From Paragordius varius (Eukaryota; Animalia; Nematomorpha): DNA of 64,000 nucleotides. A program made the position numbers and the translations under genes. The stretch spans positions 1,612,001 through 1,676,000 of the forward strand of contig OZ176050.1 of NCBI GenBank assembly GCA_964247055.1. Reading direction: 5' to 3'. Positions 12,859 through 24,100 of this stretch are shown here, in pieces. The notes beneath the pieces are model-generated. The model was not told the origin of the DNA, searched no databases, and saw only the letters and a list, made by a program, of their open reading frames with translations. Position 1 is the stretch's first letter; each line of letters starts with the position of its first letter.

Positions 12859-15552
12859 CATCAAAATATAGAGATAGTTTGGCAAACTCTTTCATATCCG
12901 ATTTTTACAACGATACTTTAAAAATTAATGTATAAAACTAGTCGCATCAATACTCAAGTTAAACTTTGTCCTTAAAAATCGGATATTGGTCATTGGTGAA
13001 CAAAATTATTTTTTATACATTCTCTTAGTAAGACTACATCAAAATATAGAAATAGTTTGACAAACTCTTTCATATCCGATTTTTACAACGATACTTTAAA
13101 AATTAATGTATTAAAATAGTCGCATCAATACTCAAGTTAAACTTTGTCCTTAAAAATCGGATATTGGTCACCGGTGAACAAAATTATTTTTTATACATTC
13201 TCTTAGCAAGACTACATCAAAATATAGATATAGTTTGATTGACAAACTCTTTCATATCCGATTTTTACAACGATACTTTAAAAATTAATGTATAAAACTA
13301 GTCGTATAAATAAATCGCATCAATACTCAAGTTAGACTTTGTCCTTAAAAATCGGATATTGGTCACCAGTGAACAAAATTATTTTTTATACATTCTCTTA
13401 GTAGGACTACATCAAAATATAGAGATAGTTTGGCAAACTCTTTCATATCCGATTTTTACAACGATACTTTAAAAATTAATGTATAAAACTAGTGGCATCA
13501 ATACTCAAGTTAAACTTTGTCCTTAAAAATCGGATATTGGTCACCGGTGACCAAAATTATTTTTTATACATTCTCTTAGCAAGATTACATCAAAATATAG
13601 AGATAGTTTGACAAACTCTTTCATATCCGATTTTTACAACGATACTTTAAAAATTAATGTATAAAAGTAGTCGCATCAATACTCAAGTCAAATTTTCTCC
13701 TTAAAAATGGGATATTGGTCACCGGTGAACAAAATTATTTTTTATACATTCTCTTAGTAAGACTACATCAAAATATAGAAATAGTTTGACAAACTCTTTC
13801 ATATCCGATTTTTACAACGATACTTTAAAAATTAATGTATTAAAATAGTCGCATCAATACTCAAGTTAAACTTTGTCCTTAAAAATCGGATATTGGTCAC
13901 CGGTGAACAAAATTATTTTTTATACATTCTAGTCGCATCAAAACTCAAGTTAAACTTTGTCCTTAAAAATCAAATATTGGTCACCGGTGAACAAAATTAT
14001 TTTTTATACATTCTCTTAGTAAGACTACATCAAAATATAGAGATAGTTTGACAAACTCTTTCATATCCTATTTTTACAACGATACTTTAAAAATTAATGT
14101 GTTAAACTAGTCGCATCAATACTCAAGTTAAACTTTGTCCTTAAAAATCGGATATTGGTCATCGGTTAACAAAATTATTTTTTATACATTCTCTTAGTAA
14201 GACTACATTAAAATATAGAGATAGTTTGGCAAACTCTTTCATATACGATTTTTACAACGATACTTTAAAAATTAATGTATAAAACTAGTCGCATCAATAC
14301 TCAAGTTAAACTTTGTCCTTAAAAATCGGATATTGGTCATTGGTGAACAAAATTATTTTTTATACATTCTCTTAGTAAGACTACATCAAAATATAGAAAT
14401 AGTTTGACAAACTCTTTCATATCCGATTTTTACAACGATACTTTAAAAATTAATGTATTAAAATAGTCGCATCAATACTCAAGTTAAACTTTGTCCTTAA
14501 AAATCGGATATTGGTCACCGGTGAACAAAATTATTTTTTATACATTCTCTTAGCAAGACTACATCAAAATATAGATATAGTTTGATTGACAAACTCTTTC
14601 ATATCCGATTTTTACAACGATACTTTAAAAATTAATGTATAAAACTAGTCGTATAAATAAATCGCATCAATACTCAAGTTAAACTTTGTCCTTAAAAATC
14701 GGATATTGGTCACCGGTGAACAAAATTATTTTTTATACATTCTCTTAGTAGGACTACATCAAAATATAGAGATAGTTTGGCAAACTCTTTCATATCCGAT
14801 TTTTACAACGATACTTTAAAAATTAATGTATAAAACTAGTGGCATCAATACTCAAGTTAAACTTTGTCCTTAAAAATCGGATATTGGTCACCGGTCACCA
14901 AAATTATTTTTTATACATTCTCTTAGCAAGATTACATCAAAATATAGAGATAGTTTGACAAACTCTTTCATATCCGATTTTTACAACGATACTTTAAAAA
15001 TTAATGTATAAAAGTAGTCGCATCAATACTCAAGTCAAATTTTCTCCTTAAAAATGGGGTTTTGGTCACCGGTGAACAAAATTATTTTTTATACATTCTC
15101 TTAGTAAGACTACATCAAAATATAGAAATAGTTTGACAAACTCTTTTATATCCGATTTTTACAACGATACTTTAAAAATTAATGTATTAAAATAGTCGCA
15201 TCAATACTCAAGTTAAACTTTGTCCTTAAAAATCGGATATTGGTCACCGGTGAACAAAATTATTTTTTATACATTCTAGTCGCATCAAAACTCAAGTTAA
15301 ACTTTGTCCTTAAAAATCAAATATTGGTCACCGGTGAACAAAATTATTTTTTATACATTCTCTTAGTAAGACTACATCAAAATATAGAGATCGTTTGACA
15401 AACTCTTTCATATCCGATTTTTACAACGATACTTTAAAAATTAATGTGTTAAACTAGTCGCATCAATACTCAAGTTAAACTTTGTCCTTAAAAATCGGAT
15501 ATTGGTCATCAGTGAACAAAATTATTTTTTATACATTCTCTTAGTAAGACTA
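12859..15552. repeat. 1347-bp HOR x2 (7 monomers plus one 84-bp half-monomer)
   Basis: Markers are offset by exactly 1347 bp: GGTCATTGGTG at 12991/14338 and the half-monomer junction at 13930/15277. The arithmetic 7x178+84+13+4=1347 matches. Confidence 0.9.
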
Positions 15553-16268
15553 CATTAAAATATAGAGATAGTTTGACAAACTCTTTCATATCCGATTTTT
15601 ACAACGATACTTTAAAAATTAATGTATTAAACTAGTCGCATCAATACTCAAGTTAAACTTTGTCCTTAAAAATCGCGGATATTTGTCAGCGGTGAACAAA
15701 ATAATTTTTTATACATTCTCTTAGTAAGACTACTTCAAAATATAGAGATAGTTTGACCAACTCTTTCATATAAAATTAATATATTAAACTAGTCGCATCA
15801 ATACTCAAGTTAAACTTTGTCCTTAAAAATCGGATATTGTTCACCGGTGAACAAAATTATTTTTTATACATTCTCTTAGCAAGATTACATCAAAATATAG
15901 AGATAGTTTGACAAACTCTTTCATATCCGATTTTTACAACGATACTTTATAAATTAATGTATAAAACTAGTGGTATGAATAAGTCGCATCAATACTCAAG
16001 TTATACTTTGTCCTTAAAAATCGGATATTGGTCACCGGTGAACAAAATTATTTTTTATACATTCTCTTAGTAAGACTACATCAAAATATAGAGATAGTTT
16101 GACAAACTCTTTCATATCCGATTTTTACAACGATACTTTAAAAATTATGGTATTAAACCAGTCGCATCAATACTCAAGTTAAACTTTGTCCTTAAAAATC
16201 GGATATTGGTCACCGGTGAACAAAATTATTTTTTATACATTCTCTTAGTAAGACTACATCAAAATATA

Positions 16269-16291
16269 GAGATAGTTTGACAAACTCTTTC
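16269..16291. other. 23-bp quasi-palindrome GAGATAGTTTG-A-CAAACTCTTTC with perfect 6+1+6 core AGTTTGACAAACT; exemplar copy
   Basis: 9 of 11 pairs are complementary around monomer position 24. The mismatches are T17/C31 and G15/T33. Confidence 0.93.
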
Positions 16292-16384
16292 ATATCCGAT
16301 TTTTACAACGATACTTTAAAAATTAATGTATAAAACTAGTCGCATCAATACTCAAGTTAAACTTTGTCCTTAAAAATCGGATAT
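16292..16384. repeat. Intra-monomer perfect 14-bp inverted repeat ATATCCGATTTTTA ... TAAAAATCGGATAT (monomer positions 36-49 and 115-128); exemplar copy, present in most monomers
   Basis: Direct reverse-complement comparison gives arms at 16292-16305 and 16371-16384 with a 65-bp spacer. Another example is 777-790 / 856-869. Confidence 0.97.
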
Positions 16385-16419
16385 TGGTCACCGGTGAACA
16401 AAATTATTTTTTATACATT
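16325..16419. repeat. Intra-monomer 11-bp inverted repeat AATGTATAAAA ... TTTTATACATT (positions 69-79 and 153-163); exemplar copy
   Basis: Direct reverse-complement comparison. Another example is 810-820 / 894-904. Confidence 0.93.
16384..16401. other. 18-bp quasi-palindrome TTGGTCACCGGTGAACAA with perfect 10-bp core TCACCGGTGA (contains BstEII, AgeI and SgrAI sites); exemplar copy
   Basis: Self-complementary except for the G131/A142 pair. The restriction sites follow from the known recognition sequences GGTNACC, ACCGGT and CRCCGGYG. Confidence 0.95.
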
Positions 16420-19400
16420 CTCTTAGCAAGACTACATCAAAATATAGAGATAGTTTGACAAACTCTTTCATATCCGATTTTTAGAGCGATACTTTAAAAA
16501 TTATGGTATTAAACCAGTCGCATCAATACTCAAGTTAAACTTTGTCCTTAAAAATCGGATATTGGTCACCGGTGAACAAAATTATTTTTTATACATTCTC
16601 TTAGTAAGACTACATCAAAATATAGAGATAGTTTGACAAACTCTTTCATATCCGATTTTTACAACGATACTTTAAAAATTAATGTATAAAACTAGTCGCA
16701 TCAATACTCAAGTTAAACTTTATCCTTAAAAATTGGATATTGGTCACCGGTGAACAAAATATTTTTTATACATTCTCTTAGTAAGACTACATCAAAATAT
16801 AGAGATAGTTTGACAAACTCTTTTATATCCGATTTTTACAACGATACCTTAAAAATTAATGTATAAAACTAGTCGCATCAATACTCAAGTTAAACTTTGT
16901 CGTTAAAAATCGAATATTGGTCACCGGTGAACAAAATTATTTTTTATATATTCTCTTAGCAAGACTACATCAAAATATAGAGATAGTTTGACAAACTCTT
17001 TCATATCCGATTTTTACAACGATACTTTAAAAATTAATGTATAAAACTAGTCGTATCAATAAATCGCATCAATACTCAAGTTAAACTTTGTCCTTAAAAA
17101 TCGGATATTGGTCACCGGTGAACAAAATTATTTTTTATACATTCTCTTAGTAGGACTACATCAAAATATAGAGATAGTTTGGCAAACTCTTTCATATCCG
17201 ATTTTTACAACGATACTTTAAAAATTAATGTATAAAACTAGTCGCATCAAAACTCAAGTTAAACTTTGTCCTTAAAAATCGAATATTGGTCACCGGTGAA
17301 CAAAATTATTTTTTATACATTCTCTTAGTAAGACTACATTAAAATATAGAGATAGTTTGACAAACTCTTTCATATCCGATTTTTACAACGATACTTTAAA
17401 AATTAATGTATTAAACTAGTCGCATCAAACTCAAGTTAAACTTTGTCCTTAAAAATCGCGGATATTTGTCAGCGGTGAACAAAATAATTTTTTATACATT
17501 CTCTTAGTAAGACTACTTAAAATATAGAGATAGTTTGACAAACTCTTTCATATAAAATTAATGTGTTAAACTAGTCGCATCAATACTCAAGGTAAACTTT
17601 GTCGTTAAAAATCGAATATTGGTCACCGGTGAACAAAATTATTTTTTATACATTCTCAAGACTACATCAAAATATAGAAATAGTTTGACAAACTCTTTCA
17701 TATCCGATTTTTACAACGATACTATATAAATTAATGTATAAAACTAGTGGTATGAATAAGTCGCATCAATACTCAAGTTAAACTTTGTCCTTAAAAATCG
17801 GATATTGGTCACCGGTGAACAAAATTATTTTTTATACATTCTCTTAGTAAGACTACATCAAAATATAGAAATAGTTTGACAAACTCTTTCATATCCGATT
17901 TTTACAACGATACTTTAAAAATTAATGTATTAAAATAGTCGCATCAATACTCAAGTTAAACTTTGTCCTTAAAAATCGGATATTGGTCACCGGTGAACAA
18001 AATTATTTTTTATACATTCTAGTCGCATCAAAACTCAAGTTAAACTTTGTCCTTAAAAATCAAATATTGGTCACCGGTGAACAAAATTATTTTTTATACA
18101 TTCTCTTAGTAAGACTACATCAAAATATAGAGATAGTTTGACAAACTCTTTCATATCCGATTTTTACAACGATACTTTAAAAATTAATGTATAAAACTAG
18201 TCGCATCAATACTCAAGTTAAACTTTGTCGTTAAAAATCGAATATTGGTCACCGGTGAACAAAATTATTTTTTATATATTCTCTTAGCAAGACTACATCA
18301 AAATATAGAGATAGTTTGACAAACTCTTTCATATCCGATTTTTACAACGATACTTTAAAAATTAATGTATAAAACTAGTCGTATCAATAAATCGCATCAA
18401 TACTCAAGTTAAACTTTGTCCTTAAAAATCGGATATTGGTCACCGGTGAACAAAATTATTTTTTATACATTCTCTTAGTAGGACTACATCAAAATATAGA
18501 GATAGTTTGGCAAACTCTTTCATATCCGATTTTTACAACGATACTTTAAAAATTAATGTATAAAACTAGTCGCATCAAAACTCAAGTTAAACTTTGTCCT
18601 TAAAAATCGCGGATATTTGTCAGCGGTGAACAAAATAATTTTTTATACATTCTCTTAGTAAGACTACTTCAAAATATAGAGATAGTTTGACAAACTCTTT
18701 CATATAAAATTAATGTGTTAAACTAGTCGCATCAATACTCAAGGTAAACTTTGTCGTTAAAAATCGAATATTGGTCACCGGTGAACAAAATTATTTTTTA
18801 TACATTCTCAAGACTACATCAAAATATAGAAATAGTTTGACAAACTCTTTCATATCCGATTTTTACAACGATACTTTATAAATTAATGTATAAAACTAGT
18901 GGTATGAATAAGTCGCATCAATACTCAAGTTAAACTTTGTCCTTAAAAATCGGATATTGGTCACCGGTGAACAAAATAATTTTTTATACATTCTCTTAGT
19001 AAGACTACATCAAAATATAGAGATAGTTTGACAAACTCTTTCATATCCGATTTTTACAACGATACTTTAAAAATTATGGTATTAAACCAGTCGCATCAAT
19101 ACTCATGTTAAACTTTGTCCTTAAAAATCGGATATTGGTCACCGGTGAACAAAATTATTTTTTATACATTCTCTTAGTAAGACTACATCAAAATATAGAG
19201 ATAGTTTGACAAACTCTTTCATATCCGATTTTTACAACGATACTTTAAAAATTAATGTATAAAACTAGTCGCATCAATACTCAAGTTAAACTTTGTCCTT
19301 AAAAATCGGATATTGGTCACCGGTGAACAAAATTATTTTTTATACATTCTCTTAGCAAGACTACATCAAAATATAGAGATAGTTTGACAAACTCTTTCAT

Positions 19401-21145
19401 ATCCGATTTTTAGAGCGATTCTTTAAAAATTATGGTATTAAACCAGTCGCATCAATACTCAAGTTAAACTTTGTCCTTAAAAATCGGATATTGGTCACCG
19501 GTGAACAAAATTATTTTTTATACATTCTCTTAGTAAGACTACATCAAAATATAGAGATAGTTTGACAAACTCTTTCATATCCGATTTTTACAACGATACT
19601 TTAAAAATTAATGTATAAAACTAGTCGCATCAATATTCAAGTTAAACTTTATCCTTAAAAATTGGATATTGGTCACCAGTGAACAAAATAATTTTTTATA
19701 CATTCTCTTGGTAAGACTACATCAAAATATAGAGATAGTTTGACAAACTCTTTCATATCCGATTTTTACAACGATACTTTAAAAATTAATGTTTAAAACT
19801 AGTCGTATCAATAAATCGCATCAATACTCAAGTTAAACTTTGTCCTTAAAAATCGGATATTGGTCACCAGTGAACAAAATTATTTTTTATACATTCTCTT
19901 AGTAAGACTACATCAAAATATACAGATAGTTTGACAAACTCTTTCATATCTGATTTTTACAACGATACTTTAAAAATTAATGTGTTAAACTAGTCGCATC
20001 AATACTCAAATTAAACTTTGTCCTTAAAAATCGTATATTGGTCACCGGTGAACAAAATTATTTTTTTTATATTCTCTTAGCAAGACTACATCAAAATATA
20101 GAGATAGTTTGAAAAACTCTTTCATATCCGATTTTTACAACGATACTTTAAAAATTAATGTATAAAACTAGTCGTATCAATAAATCGCATCCATACTCAA
20201 GTTAAACTTTCTCCTTAAAAATCGGATATTGGTCACCGGTGAACAAAATTATTTTTTATACATTCTCTTAGTAGGACTACATCAAAATATAGAGATAGTT
20301 TGGCAAACTCTTTCATATCCGATTTTTACAACGATACTTTAAAAATTAATGCATAAAACTAGTCGCATCAATATTCAAGTTAAACTTTGTCCTTAAAAAT
20401 CGAATATTGGTCACCGGTGAACAAAATTATTTTTTATACATTCTCTTAGTAAGACTACATCAAAATATAGAGATAGTTTGACAAACTCCTTCATATCCGA
20501 TTTTTACAACGATACTTTAAAAATTAATGTTTTAAACTAGTCGCATCAATACTCAAGTTAAACTTTGTCCTTAAAAATCGGATATTGGTCACCGGTATTT
20601 TTTATACATTCTCTTAGTAAGACTACATCAAAATATAGAGATAGTTTGACAAACTATTTCATATCCGATTTTTACAACGATACTTTAAAAATTAATGTGT
20701 TAAACTAATCGCATCAATACTCAAATTAAACTTTGTCCTTAAAAATCGTATATTGGTCACCGGTGAACAAAATTATTTTTTATACATTCTCTTAGTAAGA
20801 CTACATCAAAATATAGAGATAGTTTGACAAACTCTTTCATATCCGATTTTTACAACGATACTTTAAAAATTAATGTATTAAACTAGTCGCATCAATACTC
20901 AAGTTAAACTTTGTCCTTAAAAATCGGATATTGGTCACCGGTATTTTTTATACATTCTCTTAGTAAGACTACAGCAAAATATAGAGATAGTTTGACAAAT
21001 TCTTTCATATCCGATTTTTACAACGATACTTTAAAAATTAATTAAACTAGTCGCATCAATACTCAAGTTAAACTTTGTCCTTAAAAATGGGATATTGGTC
21101 ACCGGTGAACAAAATTAGTTTTTATACATTCTCTTAGTAAGACTA

Positions 21146-24100
21146 CATCAAAATATAGAGATAGTTTGACAAACTCTTTCATATCCGATTTTTACAACGA
21201 TACTTTAAAAATTAATGTATTAAACTAGTCGCATCAATACTCAAGTTAAACTTTGTCCTTAAAAATCGGATTTGGTCACCGGTGAATAAAATAATTTTTT
21301 ATACATTCTCTTAGTAAGACTACAGCAAAATATAGAGATAGTTTGACAAATTCTTTCACATCCGATTTTTACAACGATACTTTAAAAATTAATGTATAAA
21401 ACTAGTCGCATCAATACTCAAGTTAAACTTTGTCCTTAAAAATCGGATATTGGTCACCGGTGAACAAAATTATTTTTTATACATTCTCTTAGCAAGACTA
21501 CATCAAAATATAGAGATAGTTTGACAAACTCTTTCATATCCGATTTTTAGAGCGATACTTTAAAAATTATGGTATTAAACCAGTCGCATCATTACTCAAG
21601 TTAAACTTTGTCCTTAAAAATCGGATATTGGTCACCGGTGAACAAAATTATTTTTTATACATTCTCTTAGTAAGACTACATCAAAATATAGAGATAGTTT
21701 GACAAACTCTTTCATATCCGATTTTTACAACGATACTTTAAAAATTAATGTATAAAACTAGTCGCATCAATACTCAAGTTAAACTTTGTCGTTAAAAATC
21801 GAATATTGGTCACCGGTGAACAAAATTATTTTTTATACATTCTCTTAGTAAGACTACATCAAAATATAGAAATAGTTTGACAAACTCTTTCATATCCGAT
21901 TTTTACAACGATACTTTAAAAATTAATGTATAAAACTAGTCGTATCAATAAATCGCATCAATACTCAAGTTAAACTTTGTCCTTAAAAATCGGATATTGG
22001 TCACCGGTGAACAAAATTATTTTTTATACATTCTCTTAGTAAGACTACATCAAAATATAGAGATAGTTTGACAAACTCTTTCATATCCGATTTTTACAAC
22101 GATACTTTAAAAATTAATGTATAAAACTAGTCGCATCAATACTCAAGTTAAACTTTGTCCTTAAAAATCGGATATTGGTCACCGGTGAACAAAATTATTT
22201 TTTATACATTCTCTTAGCAAGACTACATCAAAATATAGAGATAGTTTGACAAACTCTTTCATATCCGATTTTTAGAGCGATACTTTAAAAATTATGGTAT
22301 TAAACCAGTCGCATCATTACTCAAGTTAAACTTTGTCCTTAAAAATCGGATATTGGTCACCGGTGAACAAAATTATTTTTTATACATTCTCTTAGTAAGA
22401 CTACATCAAAATATAGAGATAGTTTGACAAACTCTTTCATATCCGATTTTTACAACGATACTTTAAAAATTAATGTATAAAACTAGTCGCATCAATACTC
22501 AAGTTAAACTTTGTCGTTAAAAATCGAATATTGGTCACCGGTGAACAAAATTATTTTTTATACATTCTCTTAGTAAGACTACATCAAAATATAGAAATAG
22601 TTTGACAAACTCTTTCATATCCGATTTTTACAACGATACTTTAAAAATTAATGTATAAAACTAGTCGTATCAATAAATCGCATCAATACTCAAGTTAAAC
22701 TTTGTCCTTAAAAATCGGATATTGGTCACCGGTGAACAAAATTATTTTTTATACATTCTCTTAGTAAGACTACATCAAAATATAGAGATAGTTTGACAAA
22801 CTCTTTCATATCCGATTTTTACAACGATACTTTATAAATTAATGTATTAAACTAGTCGCATCAATACTCAAGTTAAACTTTGTCCTTAAAAATCGGATAT
22901 TGGTCACCGGTATTTTTTATACATTCTCTTAGTAAGACTACAGCAAAATATAGAGATAGTTTGACAAATTCTTTCATATCCGATTTTTACAACGATACTT
23001 TAAAAATTAATGTATTAAACTAGTCGCATCAATACTCAAGTTAAACTTTGTCCTTAAAAATGGGATATTGGTCACCGGTGAACAAAATTATTTTTTATAC
23101 ATTCTCTTAGTAAGACTACATCAAAATATAGAGATAGTTTGACAAACTCTTTCATATCCGATTTTTACAACGATACTTTAAAAATTAATGTATTAAACTA
23201 GTCGCATCAATACTCAAGTTAAACTTTGTCCTTAAAAATCGGATATTGGTCACCAATATTTTTTATACATTCTCTTAGTAAGACTACAGCAAAATATAGA
23301 GATAGTTTGACAAATTCTTTCATATCCGATTTTTACAACGATACTTTAAAAATTAATGTATTAAACTAGTCGCATCAATACTCAAGTTAAACTTTGTCCT
23401 TAAAAATGGGATATTGGTCACCGGTGAACAAAATTATTTTTTATACATTCTCTTAGTAAGACTACATCAAAATATAGAGATAGTTTGACAAACTCTTTCT
23501 AATCCGATTTTTACAACGATACTTTAAAAATTAATGTATTAAACTAGTCGCATCAATACTCAAGTTAAACTTTGTCCTTAAAAATCGGATATTGGTCACC
23601 GGTGAACAAAATAATTTTTTATACATTCTCTTAGTAAGACTACAGCAAAATATAGAGATAGTTTGACAAATTCTTTCATATCCGATTTTTACAACGATAC
23701 TTTAAAAATTAATGTATAAAACTAGTCGCATCAATACTCAAGTTAAACTTTGTCCTTAAAAATCGGATATTGGTCACCGGTGAACAAAATTATTTTTTAT
23801 ACATTCTCTTAGCAAGACTACATCAAAATATAGAGATAGTTTGACAAACTCTTTCATATCCGATTTTTAGAGCGATACTTTAAAAATTATGGTATTAAAC
23901 CAGTCGCATCAATACTCAATTTAAACTTTGTCCTTAAAAATCGGATATTGGTCACCGGTGAACAAAATTATTTTTTATACATTCTCTTAGTAAGACTACA
24001 TCAAAATATAGAGATAGTTTGACAAACTCTTTCATATCCGATTTTTACAACGATACTTTAAAAATTAATGTATTAAACTAGTCGCATCAATACTCAAGTT

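Noticed and set aside
16257-16434. Identity with a named 178-bp satellite such as Arabidopsis CEN178, or with primate alpha satellite
   Set aside because: Only the length is similar and I do not recognise the sequence. A BLAST, Dfam or satellite-database search is needed, so no family or host is assigned.
16257-16434. CENP-B box
   Set aside because: No match to YTTCGTTGGAARCGGGA was seen on either strand.
16257-16434. Monomer derived from a ~89-bp dimer (CATCAA at positions 1 and 87)
   Set aside because: Similarity beyond the hexamer and a few A/T tracts is too weak by eye in a 72% AT sequence.
16257-16434. Helically phased A-tracts causing intrinsic curvature
   Set aside because: A/T tracts are abundant, but their spacings (for example 18 and 13-14 bp) are not clearly 10-11 bp. 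A curvature computation would be needed.
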